Virus record (IMG/VR): IMGVR_UViG_3300035670_000060
Coordinates: 49,654 to 113,653 of that record
Source of the DNA: a virus
Direction: 5' to 3' (one strand)
DNA length: 64,000 nucleotides
How positions within the stretch are numbered: position 1 is the stretch's first letter; every line of letters starts with the position of its first letter. Below, in pieces: positions 1 through 9,660 of the stretch. The notes under the pieces were generated by a model. That model did not search any database and had not been told where the DNA came from. It worked only from the letters and a program-made list of their open reading frames with translations. The translations under genes and the position numbers were made by a program.

Positions 1-548
1 GAACGACCTTCACATACGAAATAGTCTCCAACTCTCATTTCAGTGTTTGCTGCTGAACTTGTTCCTACAACTAAAGTGGATGCTGCTGTAGTGGCATAAG
101 TTCCAGAAAGGTCGCTTTGCCAAGCATTTGCTGATGAACATACGGAAACTTTAAGTGAATTGCCTAATGCGCCTGGATACTTAGCAATCCATAATCCATT
201 ATTAAATGATGTCGTATTATTATAATCGTCAATATTTTCAACAAGCGTGGCTGAGCCAGTAGACACTGCATTAAATGCTGTAGTGGTATTCGCTGCTCTA
301 ACTACATAGAGATTTCCAGTATAATTTAGAAAGTTACCGGCACAAAGAAAATCAACGATACAGTTTGAATTTGGCTTACCAAATTTTGTTGCCAATTCAT
401 TTTCACTTGTAATTTGAGTGACTTCGTTCACTGGACCCCAACGGAATTGTCCCGTAAAGGCACCAGCAACAGTACCAGTAGATGGCGCTACGGAAGTAAA
501 GTCTCTTTCAGTAACCTTTACTCCAGGTGAAACTAGACTGATTGCCAT
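1..548 (-). CDS. gp18: Tail sheath protein, N-terminal part (runs off window)
   Basis: Manual translation MAISLVSPGVKVTEKDFTSVAPSTGTVAGAFTGQFRWGPVNE is a typical gp18 start; SD AGGAG and late promoter upstream; follows gp17. Confidence 0.93.
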   Translation of the reverse strand, partial: MAISLVSPGVKVTERDFTSVAPSTGTVAGAFTGQFRWGPVNEVTQITSENELATKFGKPNSNCIVDFLCAGNFLNYTGNLYVVRAANTTTAFNAVSTGSATLVENIDDYNNTTSFNNGLWIAKYPGALGNSLKVSVCSSANAWQSDLSGTYATTAASTLVVGTSSAANTEMRVGDYFVCEGR

Positions 549-597
549 TTATATTCTCCTTGTTATAATGATATTCAATCTTGCGATTTGTTTATTT

Positions 598-605
598 TAT
601 TTATA
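598..605 (-). promoter_or_regulatory. T4-type late promoter for gp18
   Basis: TATAAATA on minus strand 50 nt upstream of gp18 start. Confidence 0.8.
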
Positions 606-617
606 AAAAACGCAATT

Positions 618-2261
618 TTATAATCTGAAGAAGTCTTTTTCTCGCCTTTCCAAGTCTCTATCTATTTCCCAAAGTTGACCGGAACCATCAACAATTCTAT
701 CTTCATCGTGGCCATCATTAATAATTCCAAATGGAGTGACTTCATCCTCGATTGCTTTCATTCTTTGTTCGTACAATTCTTTTCTTATATTGGTATTTGT
801 TAGTTCTTTAAAATATGGATTGGTTGTAAGCCAAGAAAAGAGCACCAGTGGCATGACTAAATCATCATGATAGCCTTCGTCTGCACTGTAACTATTTTTT
901 CGTTCAATAAATGTTGAAATTTCCGCAATGGTATCCGCATCTTGAATCAGCATTTTCTTGCCTTCAACAAGCGATTTAAAATTCATACAGCCAATCCGTT
1001 TGACTTTTTTATCTGTATTCACGCCCAATTGTGTCTTACCACCACCAAATCCACCCGAAACAACTTGACCCTGTGGTGTTCGATTGACGAATATAATGTT
1101 CTCATATTCATATTCACTATGTAGAATTTCTGCTACTTGCTCTGAAGTGTTGGTTTCAATGAGTACCCAAGCACTGTTATATTCTTTAGCAACTTTATAA
1201 ATCATAGAAGGGTATAATAGTGGACTGATTGTATTGTCTCTGAATTTACCAACTTGACGATAAGGCATTTCAGTTACATCAAGCACTGTAAATGCTGAAT
1301 AGTCTCCACCGACACCTTTTGCAACATCGGCAACCAACACATAAGAATGATCACGTTCTACTTTATCATAAACATCTAAACCATCTTTACTGTAAATTGG
1401 ACTACCTGCTGACATCTGTGCTATAGAATCTGCATCAATTAATGTCAGACTTGATCCTAAGAATGCACAAAGAATCTCTTGGTTAAACTTAAGATTACCC
1501 AACTGTCTACGCTGTTCTTCAGCCCATTTCTCATCACGCCCAGGTATCTTCCAGTATGGTATAAACAATGGTACAAAATCGTTTCTCTTCTTTTCAGCAT
1601 CGTTCCAGAATTTCCAGAAGTGGTTGTATCCAAGAGGTGTAGAAGATAGTAGAATTTTGGTTGTAGAACCAGCAGAAATGGTTGGTGAAACTGCTGTAAA
1701 GAATTCTTCTGCTATATTATTTGGTATAATTGCTGTTTCGTCAACATACAATAAATTAACAGACTTACCACGAATACCCTGGCGACTTGTTGCTGCTGTG
1801 AAAACAATCGATCCATTTTCAAGTGCAATGTCACCTTTGTTCCATGTCTTGACGCCTTGCTGCAACCATTGCGGAAGGTGTTCGTACATAAGTTGATAAC
1901 GTGATAAAACTTCTCTTGCTGCTGTTGCTTTGTTTGCAAGGATTGCTACAGTTTTGCTGCCCTGAAAAAGTGTGTACCAAAGAATATATGCAGCCGAAGT
2001 TGTAGTCTTTCCTTGCTGCCGTGGCTCCATCAGAATGACTTTCCGGTTGTTATGGATTATATCCAGTTTTTCTTTCTGACAATCGTAAAGATTGAACGGC
2101 TGCAAACCATAATCTAATGTTACAATTTTACAATATTTTTCAATAAAGTAAATGTAATCCTCTGAACACTTAATATATTCTTCGATGTTCTCTTTTGTAA
2201 ACGGTACTGAAACACCCGCTGCTTTGAGGAGCGGATTTCCTAAATAAATTTTCTTAGCCAT
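618..2261 (-). CDS. gp17: Terminase large subunit
   Basis: YLGNPLLK start, PRQQGKTT Walker A, LLYVDE Walker B, STPLGYNHF, DVAKGVGGDYS and HDDLVM nuclease motifs. Confidence 0.97.
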   Translation of the reverse strand: MAKKIYLGNPLLKAAGVSVPFTKENIEEYIKCSEDYIYFIEKYCKIVTLDYGLQPFNLYDCQKEKLDIIHNNRKVILMEPRQQGKTTTSAAYILWYTLFQGSKTVAILANKATAAREVLSRYQLMYEHLPQWLQQGVKTWNKGDIALENGSIVFTAATSRQGIRGKSVNLLYVDETAIIPNNIAEEFFTAVSPTISAGSTTKILLSSTPLGYNHFWKFWNDAEKKRNDFVPLFIPYWKIPGRDEKWAEEQRRQLGNLKFNQEILCAFLGSSLTLIDADSIAQMSAGSPIYSKDGLDVYDKVERDHSYVLVADVAKGVGGDYSAFTVLDVTEMPYRQVGKFRDNTISPLLYPSMIYKVAKEYNSAWVLIETNTSEQVAEILHSEYEYENIIFVNRTPQGQVVSGGFGGGKTQLGVNTDKKVKRIGCMNFKSLVEGKKMLIQDADTIAEISTFIERKNSYSADEGYHDDLVMPLVLFSWLTTNPYFKELTNTNIRKELYEQRMKAIEDEVTPFGIINDGHDEDRIVDGSGQLWEIDRDLERREKDFFRL

Positions 2262-2661
2262 TACCTTTGAGCAATTTCTGTAACTCTGCTGTACTACCTA
2301 CAAATAAAGCGTTGGTTACATGACTTGGTTGCTTGTCTTCTTCTTTGTGTTTGATTTCTTTGACTTTCTTAGAAAGTTCTAATAAATCTTTATTTGTTTC
2401 TGCTAATGTTTTGATAAGTTGACCGACAACTTCAAATGCTCTTGGAGATTCTACGTCTTTGGCCAAATAAAGAGCATCTTCCATAGCCTCTTTACCACGT
2501 TCAATAAAATGGCGAAGATTGTCCCGAGCATATTCAAAATCATCGTCAATAGAATCATTCTGTTTTTCCATAATAGATGCGACAGGATATTCTTTAGGGC
2601 TATTTTCAATATAAGGTATATCCAATGCATCGCTTAATTTTTTGTCTACGGGAGTTTTCAT
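2254..2661 (-). CDS. gp16: Terminase small subunit
   Basis: DFEYARDNL, SPRAFEVVGQLIK, NALFVGSTAELQKLLK motifs; adjacent to gp17. Confidence 0.93.
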   Translation of the reverse strand: MKTPVDKKLSDALDIPYIENSPKEYPVASIMEKQNDSIDDDFEYARDNLRHFIERGKEAMEDALYLAKDVESPRAFEVVGQLIKTLAETNKDLLELSKKVKEIKHKEEDKQPSHVTNALFVGSTAELQKLLKGNG

Positions 2662-3404
2662 GGTGTTGTCAATGTTGTTGAAAATCCAAAATCGGAGTTT
2701 GAAACTATGGATGTTGTACTTACGAGTGCTGGTTCTGTTACGCTTTTTGAATCATTCTTAATGTTAATTGTAGCATTACCGATATATCTATTTGTTGTAA
2801 CTGGTCCAAATAAGTATCCTTTTACGACAAATGATAAGTCCCAACTAATGATTCTGCGAGAATCAAAATCTCCTTCGTATGTATCTTCGGAAGAAATTGA
2901 TAAAAGTTCTATAGGAATGTCCATATTCAGCGACAGACTTGGCAAAACTTTCATCGTAACAGTGAAATCTGGTGCAAAAAATGGTATAATTTTTTCTATA
3001 ATTTGCGTTCCGTCTTCAGCATTTCTTACCAACGCACTCAGTGTAAAATTCATATCGTAAGGAACTGGAGAATATACGCTTGTAAAGTTTATTGCATCAG
3101 GATTTAAATTCTTTTTTATCTTAAATCCGGTGTTTAATTTTCTTGCTGGAGCATAAGTTATACCGTTCATTTCAAATCCTAATCGTGGAAGTTGTGTGCT
3201 AAATTGTTCTCTTCCGATTTGAGGATCAGTTGTAACTCTACGAATAAATTTTTGTTTTGGTCCATATTCTATAGGAACATTCACGTTTTGTATGACGCTC
3301 CCATTTGAATCATATCGCTCAACTTGAATTTCATTGAAGATATTTCCAAACATTATAATATATCGACGTAGCGTGCCGTGATAGAAATCATGACCGAATA
3401 TCAT
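2658..3404 (-). CDS. gp15: Tail sheath stabilizer / tail terminator
   Basis: FYHGTLRRYIIMFGNIFN, VPIEYGPKQKF, LPRLGFEM, PVPYDMNFTL motifs; gp13-14-15 synteny. Confidence 0.93.
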   Translation of the reverse strand: MIFGHDFYHGTLRRYIIMFGNIFNEIQVERYDSNGSVIQNVNVPIEYGPKQKFIRRVTTDPQIGREQFSTQLPRLGFEMNGITYAPARKLNTGFKIKKNLNPDAINFTSVYSPVPYDMNFTLSALVRNAEDGTQIIEKIIPFFAPDFTVTMKVLPSLSLNMDIPIELLSISSEDTYEGDFDSRRIISWDLSFVVKGYLFGPVTTNRYIGNATINIKNDSKSVTEPALVSTTSIVSNSDFGFSTTLTTP

Positions 3405-4250
3405 TTACCACTCCTTAGTTGAAGCAAATGGATTCGCTTCGCTAAAATCTAAAATGTCATCATCATTAATTTGTGATGTAATGAAATCATTATCTGCTGT
3501 ATTTGCTCTATTTTCAAAGAAATATCCTTCTAGTAGAATACTACTTAAATCTTGATGGACTAATTTATATCCATCTTCCATTAACAATTCATCAAGGACA
3601 TTTGTAGCGAGACTGTAGGAGTCTTCGATTTCGTCAATGTCTGAAACGTCAGTATCAATAACTTCTGCTGAGTAATCAAATCTATCACATCGTAATTCGT
3701 ATGTATATGTTTTACCTAATTGAAAAAAGTATTCATTATCTTCACAAAATTTAATTTCATACATTGATTTTACCAAAGGCAACCAAATTAAGTCACCCTC
3801 TCTTGGTCTGTAGATACCTGAATAATCGTAATCTGAGTTTTTTCTGCCATCTATCTGTGATAGTTCTTCATCTTGAAACAGCAATTCATTACCATCTTCA
3901 AGCAAAAGATTGTAATTATATTCCGTCATGAGGCATGGTTTCATTGCCTGTTGAAATCTTTTTTGCGGCAATGAAAATGTAATTTGTTCATCGACTTGCA
4001 AACCAAACTTTGATATGAAATCCAATTGACCTTGAAAGCCGTCAAATGTTTTAATATACATTTCAAGTTCTATAGCATCATCAAAATACATTGAACCATC
4101 TTCGCCATAAAGTTTGTCAAGATTGACATGTGTTCTTGGTAAATAATAAGCTGGTACACCATAAATCTTTATAGCTTCAATAATCAAATCTTCATAAACA
4201 TTTTGTTCAGTGGATGTTGAATATTGATTGAAGTGCCTATTTCGTGCCAT
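3405..4250 (-). CDS. gp14: Neck protein
   Basis: EQNVYEDLIIEAIKIYG..YYLPR, RPREGDLIWLP, FFQLGKTY, ILDFSEANPF. Confidence 0.93.
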   Translation of the reverse strand: MARNRHFNQYSTSTEQNVYEDLIIEAIKIYGVPAYYLPRTHVNLDKLYGEDGSMYFDDAIELEMYIKTFDGFQGQLDFISKFGLQVDEQITFSLPQKRFQQAMKPCLMTEYNYNLLLEDGNELLFQDEELSQIDGRKNSDYDYSGIYRPREGDLIWLPLVKSMYEIKFCEDNEYFFQLGKTYTYELRCDRFDYSAEVIDTDVSDIDEIEDSYSLATNVLDELLMEDGYKLVHQDLSSILLEGYFFENRANTADNDFITSQINDDDILDFSEANPFASTKEW

Positions 4251-4252
4251 GA

Positions 4253-4996
4253 TTATCCAATCATATCAGATACAGGTAATGAATATGAAGATATCATCTC
4301 AGCTTCTAATGCTGTTATTTCATCTGTTGCTTCATCCCAAATTTTTTGACCGTTGAATGTCAGACCACCCGGCATTTGGAGACCTTCAAACTTTTTTAAA
4401 TTTTCGCCCCACTGTTTTTTAATTTGTGCTGTTGCATATCGTTGAAGCCATCTGTCACCCCATACATCTGAGTATGTATCAGGATCCACTTTCTGGTATG
4501 CTTCAATAATAATATATTCGCCAGTCACAACTTTTGCTGACCAATCCATATCGATATAAAGTCTGTTTACATGGCGATTATATCTGAGACTTTGGCGCCC
4601 AACAAAAAGTTCTTCAGCAAGCGCAACATTCTGAAGTGCCATGTAGTATGGTGCGAAAGGTCCATAATTGAATGCAAACAGATCGTTCAGTGCGATTTGA
4701 TATCGAATGTTGAACAGATTGTTTGAAGAATAAGAGTCACCAATATCAAATATATTAATGATACCAATGACTGCTTCTGGAATGGTTATGTATTTGTTTG
4801 TCTTGTCTTCAGCAGTGACTGGATGTGCTAAATAAACTTTCTGTGTACCATCAAAATGATAATCGTGATAATACGCTAATGCTTCGTCAATTCTATCTTC
4901 AACTTGTTCATCCGCTACATTAATTTCAAGTACAGGTTTCCCTAACTTACGTAAGCAATATTCTTTAAATTCATCTCTACTGGTAGGTTTAGCCAT
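4253..4996 (-). CDS. gp13: Neck protein
   Basis: EYCLRKLGKPVLEINV, WLQRYATAQIKKQWGENLKKFEG..PGG. Confidence 0.95.
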   Translation of the reverse strand: MAKPTSRDEFKEYCLRKLGKPVLEINVADEQVEDRIDEALAYYHDYHFDGTQKVYLAHPVTAEDKTNKYITIPEAVIGIINIFDIGDSYSSNNLFNIRYQIALNDLFAFNYGPFAPYYMALQNVALAEELFVGRQSLRYNRHVNRLYIDMDWSAKVVTGEYIIIEAYQKVDPDTYSDVWGDRWLQRYATAQIKKQWGENLKKFEGLQMPGGLTFNGQKIWDEATDEITALEAEMISSYSLPVSDMIG

Positions 4997-5022
4997 GGCA
5001 TTTTCCTTTAATGCGACATGAC

Positions 5023-5030
5023 TATTTATA
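5023..5030 (-). promoter_or_regulatory. Late promoter for gp13-gp17 operon
   Basis: TATAAATA 27 nt upstream of gp13. Confidence 0.8.
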
Positions 5031-5032
5031 AT

Positions 5033-5245
5033 TTAACAGATTAGTGCTTTGCCATCAATCAATAGTAAATTGCCTTTGCATGCCAGATTCCATTTTTTTA
5101 CACCATGCTCGTAAGTACATTCGTCATACACGGGCACGTTGATTTCTAAACTTTTAGCTAAGACTTCTTCGCCATTTTCAAAAATTCTCCAGAAAAAATC
5201 AGTGTCGCCGTGCTGTGTATTAAATCGAATATGGTATTGCTTCAT
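5033..5245 (-). CDS. Hypothetical protein, last gene of sulfo/glyco operon
   Basis: 70-aa ORF coupled (ATGA) to upstream gene. Confidence 0.7.
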   Translation of the reverse strand: MKQYHIRFNTQHGDTDFFWRIFENGEEVLAKSLEINVPVYDECTYEHGVKKWNLACKGNLLLIDGKALIC

Positions 5246-6078
5246 TCAATTCCCATTTCTTTTCGAATTTTGGTTGCTGAAATAGCATGTATCGTATCAT
5301 CGAAAACTTCTTGTTCAATCTTGTAGCCGACATCTCTACCGTATGTGATGTTTACAATGTTTGGAACAATCAAAATTTCATACTGACCTTGATAGAGTGG
5401 ATCTAAGTCTCTTCGAATATAGTTTTTAACTTCTTCAATTGCAAATGGATTACTTCCATTCCAACCCTGACAATCACGAATCATGATACATACTTGACCA
5501 GTTTTTGCTAACGCTCTTTCAAATAACGCACGATGACCTTTGTGCCATGGTTGCCAACGACCTAACATCTGCACAGTTTCTTTGCGCCAATCAAAAGTTG
5601 GTCTTCTTTTACGACTTAAAATTGCTTCACCTACATACTGCACCCACTTTTCAGCATTCTTTTCGTTGATTCTAAAATCATAGATTTCTGGTGGCACAAA
5701 TGCTTTGTTCGTATCTTCATAACGACCAGCATCAATCGTATCCATCCAGATTGTCCAGTCTGCTTTAAAGTTGTGACGCATTTCAGCAAGTGGTGCTACA
5801 AAATCACAAATGACATATTCGCCAGTGCATCGCATTGCAAATTCTGCCATCCTCAACGACTGCCGAATGCGACCTTCTTTTGAAAAGTCCCAATCATTGA
5901 ATCGCTTTCGAATGTCATCAGCATTGAACCAATCAACTCGTGCGTTCATTCGAGGATATGGAGCGTCACTAAGTGTGTTTAAAGGACGCTCTCCGTGAAT
6001 CTCAAGATAAGTCTTTAATCGTTCTGCAAAATATGTTTTACCTGAGCCAGGCAAACCCATAATCAATATTTTTTCCAT
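5242..6078 (-). CDS. Adenylylsulfate-kinase-like domain fused to HIGH-family nucleotidyltransferase (putative minimal PAPS synthase)
   Basis: GLPGSGKT P-loop, NADDIRK, DFSKEGRIRQ, ICDFVAP (CysC-like); C-terminal GRWQPWHKGH and ISATKIR motifs; start may be 6078 or 6093. Confidence 0.75.
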   Translation of the reverse strand: MEKILIMGLPGSGKTYFAERLKTYLEIHGERPLNTLSDAPYPRMNARVDWFNADDIRKRFNDWDFSKEGRIRQSLRMAEFAMRCTGEYVICDFVAPLAEMRHNFKADWTIWMDTIDAGRYEDTNKAFVPPEIYDFRINEKNAEKWVQYVGEAILSRKRRPTFDWRKETVQMLGRWQPWHKGHRALFERALAKTGQVCIMIRDCQGWNGSNPFAIEEVKNYIRRDLDPLYQGQYEILIVPNIVNITYGRDVGYKIEQEVFDDTIHAISATKIRKEMGIE

Positions 6079-6095
6079 TATATAAAACTCCAAAA

Positions 6096-6341
6096 TTATT
6101 GAGCGATTGCTGCACTTCCCTGAGTGATTGCGTTATGCAAATCAGAAATGTCTTCGCCAGATCCGGACACATCTGGATTTCCAACTACTAGTTTAAGATG
6201 CTCAACATTTCGATCAATGTTTCCACGAAGTTCGTCAGAAAGTGTTGCGCCTGCTGCAATCTTTGCTAAAGAATCTTCAATGACCCAAACGCTATCTCTT
6301 GCTGCTCGAATTGTATATAGAACTTCTGGTGTTGCTGGCAT
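6096..6341 (-). CDS. Hypothetical protein (DSV..RNVEHL motif, possibly fibre-associated)
   Basis: 81-aa ORF with SD GGAGG. Confidence 0.7.
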   Translation of the reverse strand: MPATPEVLYTIRAARDSVWVIEDSLAKIAAGATLSDELRGNIDRNVEHLKLVVGNPDVSGSGEDISDLHNAITQGSAAIAQ

Positions 6342-6342
6342 A

Positions 6343-7293
6343 TTAGCCTCCTATGAGTTTAGTATCTTCGGTTTCTGTTGGTGCATCCGATTCGGATGTT
6401 GGTTCTTCAAAATTTGCGTCAATCTCTTGTAGATTTCTCCAAAATGCTGTATTTTCACATCGCTTTAAAATTTCTTCTGAAAGAACTTCTTTAGGATCGA
6501 CTGACGCTCTATTTATTGTACTACGAACTTCATGCATGTCTGCAAGCCCATAAACTTCAGCATCTTTTTCTTTATGTATGTTTTCAATTTTGCTAAAGTC
6601 ATGTGCGAAATATTCTTCACCAAGAAATTCATAAATCTTTCGCATTGTATCATCTGGATTCTCAAGCAAATCGTTATATTCAATGAAGTGAAGATTTTTC
6701 TGTCTACCTTCCATTAGTGCTTGTTGAATGCCAAAATAGCTTTGGCCAAGAATTCCATTTGGACTAGCTAAGAACGTACATCGATTATCATCGTTTAAAG
6801 GCGTGTTTGTTTTGATAAGCATTTCATCAATGAAATTAATCTTACCTTCACCGCCGTATGGATTTCTGCGTTGCATTGTAATAAATGATGTAAGAATTTC
6901 TTCAATGTCACGAACTGGGCATAAAACTTTTGGTTCAATTCCAAAATATCCAGGAATGTAATGTAGTCGATTCACCCATGACCGATTCTTGTCAATGATG
7001 ACAGGCTTATCTACGTCAGAATAATAATTATCCATGACACTAGAAATAATTTTTGCAGCTTGTGGTAACTTAGGAAAAGCCATAAAAAGTTCATCGTTTG
7101 AAAAAGAATTTTCAAGCGTGAGCATTGTAGGTACCACAGGAGAACTTGGACCAGAATAGACTCTTGGATTTTGATTTAGAATCGATGATAGAAGTGTACT
7201 TCCTGATCTTGGAAGCCCAGACATAAAGTAGTATGTCTTCATTGACGCTCTCATCATTTCTTCTCTTATAATTTCTTTAATCATTTCTTTCAT
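6343..7293 (-). CDS. Sulfotransferase family protein
   Basis: SGLPRSGSTLL PAPS-binding loop, IIDKNRSW, CPVRDIEEILTS, FIEYNDLLENP..MRKIYEFLG. Confidence 0.9.
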   Translation of the reverse strand: MKEMIKEIIREEMMRASMKTYYFMSGLPRSGSTLLSSILNQNPRVYSGPSSPVVPTMLTLENSFSNDELFMAFPKLPQAAKIISSVMDNYYSDVDKPVIIDKNRSWVNRLHYIPGYFGIEPKVLCPVRDIEEILTSFITMQRRNPYGGEGKINFIDEMLIKTNTPLNDDNRCTFLASPNGILGQSYFGIQQALMEGRQKNLHFIEYNDLLENPDDTMRKIYEFLGEEYFAHDFSKIENIHKEKDAEVYGLADMHEVRSTINRASVDPKEVLSEEILKRCENTAFWRNLQEIDANFEEPTSESDAPTETEDTKLIGG

Positions 7294-7304
7294 TGTTCAT
7301 CACC

Positions 7305-8207
7305 TCATTGTTGATTGTTTACAGATTCTATAATTTTATTTATATCAAATAATTTAACGTCATCTGTATAAGGATATTCAATTTCATTTCCGTTGAAGTC
7401 AAAGTCAAATAAGTAACTGCCAGGAAGTTTGAAGTTATATGGCACATCGGTACAAATATTATCATGCATATCATAACCAAAAACTTTAGGGCTTGTACCA
7501 TTCCATAAAACAGTGGATTTCTTTCTAAGTGCTGCTGCTGCATGTTGCAACGAAGAGTCTATAAGAATTCTCTTTTTGCTATGTAAAAGAATACTAAAAA
7601 ATTCCATTAGACTGAGTGCTTGTTGCTGCGTAGCAAAAACATGTTCAGCGCCTTCAAGTTTTGGTGAGTTCATCTTGGTAACTTGGTAAATATGATAGTC
7701 TTTTTTGTAATAGTCTATCAATTCTTGTGCTAATTCTGGCGGCATGTCTCTTGTCCATGAATAAGGCTTAGCATCTGTTGTCATTGGACCGCCACTTGTA
7801 TGTATAACCATGATAGGCTTTTTTCTCAACCAAAATTTTCTTGAAAGATCCCATTGAAGTTTATTAAACTTTACCTCTGGGCGCTCATTGTCGAATTTTA
7901 ATTGATGCATTTCGCACCAATTTTCAATCAGTCGTTTCCGTTTATGTATATGATTTGTCGTATAGTATGGTTCGTGATGAAAAATCAGAGAATCTTTATC
8001 TTGAATGTATTCTTGGTAGAAATATTGTGTGCCACCTAACAGAAAAACTCTGTCAACAAAAGAAAGATTAATAAAAATATCAGGATATGCACATACGACA
8101 ATGAGTTTTCTGTCAGGAAAATTGTTTTTAATTGCTTTTGCAACAGCGGTTGCTGCTACGTGTTTTCCAATACCGCCTTGAAGATGAAAAATACTATATT
8201 TCTTCAT
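7305..8207 (-). CDS. GT9-like (heptosyltransferase-fold) glycosyltransferase
   Basis: N-terminal GGIGKH..ATAVAKAIK..FPD and C-terminal IDSSLQHAAAALRKKSTVLW, matching the GT9 DSG.MH.AAA motif. Confidence 0.75.
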   Translation of the reverse strand: MKKYSIFHLQGGIGKHVAATAVAKAIKNNFPDRKLIVVCAYPDIFINLSFVDRVFLLGGTQYFYQEYIQDKDSLIFHHEPYYTTNHIHKRKRLIENWCEMHQLKFDNERPEVKFNKLQWDLSRKFWLRKKPIMVIHTSGGPMTTDAKPYSWTRDMPPELAQELIDYYKKDYHIYQVTKMNSPKLEGAEHVFATQQQALSLMEFFSILLHSKKRILIDSSLQHAAAALRKKSTVLWNGTSPKVFGYDMHDNICTDVPYNFKLPGSYLFDFDFNGNEIEYPYTDDVKLFDINKIIESVNNQQ

Positions 8208-8208
8208 A

Positions 8209-8937
8209 TTATAACCTTTCTTTTGTTGCTTTCACGATGTCCCACGTTCTCGCATTTTTGATATGATGAAAATGATATGCATTACTTGCGTCTAAAGCTA
8301 GTCTTTTAGTTATGTCATAATTTTTATGCTCTGAAACAAGCGTTTTTGATATCTCACCTTTGATCCTATTCGTCTTGAATATGTATATATGTTCGTTGTT
8401 CTGCGTCAGATATTCATCACCGAACCAGATTTGATATAGTCTTGGTATCACCTTATACGAAGTTCGCTTTATAAACATACATACACCAAATGCATATCCT
8501 TGACCACCTATAGGTTGAGTTTTATCATGTTTGAGTTTGAACAATTCATCTTCACCTTCATGAACACCAACTGTATAATTATCTGGTGTGTTTTTTAAAT
8601 GAACGCCTACAACATCAATCTCTTTAAAATCTACTGCTGAGAAATCACGAAATACACTCGATTCAACTTCTATGTCATCATTGATAATGGAAAGAACATT
8701 CGCTTTTGATCTATAGTAACCTTCATTCCACGAAGGATTTACGTAGTTGTTTTTACCATAACAAATGATATGCAACTTAGATGAATTCAATTCGTCAACT
8801 CTTTTTGGTCGATTTGCTTTGTCATTGTCAATCAAAAAGATATTTCCAATATACTCGCATTCAATGTAGGTGTCAAGTGCGGATAGAAAATTTTTAGACT
8901 TCCACATTGTAGGAATTACAACGTCAATTGTATTCAT
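8209..8937 (-). CDS. GT2-family glycosyltransferase
   Basis: IDVVIPTMW, FLIDND, NYVNPSWNEG, IINDDI, WFGDE. Confidence 0.8.
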   Translation of the reverse strand: MNTIDVVIPTMWKSKNFLSALDTYIECEYIGNIFLIDNDKANRPKRVDELNSSKLHIICYGKNNYVNPSWNEGYYRSKANVLSIINDDIEVESSVFRDFSAVDFKEIDVVGVHLKNTPDNYTVGVHEGEDELFKLKHDKTQPIGGQGYAFGVCMFIKRTSYKVIPRLYQIWFGDEYLTQNNEHIYIFKTNRIKGEISKTLVSEHKNYDITKRLALDASNAYHFHHIKNARTWDIVKATKERL

Positions 8938-9596
8938 AAATCTTCTATGTTATAATTTTTCATTGTCGATTCAAAATTACCTTTATACATCTTATTGCCT
9001 AAATGGTAAACTGTATGATTCGGTTTGATCCAGATTTTGTAACCGAGTTCTCGAATCTTATTTGAAAGTGTAATATCTTCACCAACAAAAGCTCCGTTTA
9101 TGTATGTAAATTCACATATGTTTTTTAATTTCTTACTACGAAAATCTAATTCAACATTAGAGATCCATAAATCTTTAATGACTTTTTTGGAAAGTTTTAG
9201 AAAGCCTGTTCCTACACGAGATGCTGTCAGATAACCATCTTTCGGATCTCTCTTGACCACACTGTTAAAATAAACGTTATACTGTATATTTGTATCACCT
9301 TTATTTACAACTGGTATAGCGATGACATCTTTTGGTGAAGAAAGAATTTCAATCAATGCTTTCTCATCCCACATTTCATCATCGTCAATGAATACCATTG
9401 CATCATAATTTTCTTTGTATGCTAAATTAAAGAGTTCATTTCTGGCCATTGGAAGAATACTTTCATTGGCCAGAAACACTACATTGATTGACAAATCGTG
9501 TTTCAATCCTAACTTAATAGATTCACATAAACTATGAACGAAATATGCGTCTACTTTTTGATCTAAACATGGTGTAGCAATTAATATACGTTTCAT
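8934..9596 (-). CDS. GT-A fold glycosyltransferase-like protein
   Basis: ILIATP, SILPMARNEL, MVFIDDD, VGTGFLKL, GEDITLS, VYHLG. Confidence 0.75.
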   Translation of the reverse strand: MKRILIATPCLDQKVDAYFVHSLCESIKLGLKHDLSINVVFLANESILPMARNELFNLAYKENYDAMVFIDDDEMWDEKALIEILSSPKDVIAIPVVNKGDTNIQYNVYFNSVVKRDPKDGYLTASRVGTGFLKLSKKVIKDLWISNVELDFRSKKLKNICEFTYINGAFVGEDITLSNKIRELGYKIWIKPNHTVYHLGNKMYKGNFESTMKNYNIEDL

Positions 9597-9631
9597 AACA
9601 TACCTTTTCTTTCATCATTGTTCACACAGCC

Positions 9632-9660
9632 ATTGTATATATTGTCACATAAAATGTCAA
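9632..9660 (-). promoter_or_regulatory. Sigma70 promoter of glyco/sulfo operon
   Basis: TTGACA-17 nt-TACAAT on minus strand; -35 overlaps the fibre gene stop codon. Confidence 0.8.

Noticed and set aside
418-606. Plus-strand 62-aa ORF
   Set aside because: Antisense to gp18 start and its promoter
618-2261. Intein or intron in terminase or other core genes
   Set aside because: Normal lengths, uninterrupted frames, no splicing motifs
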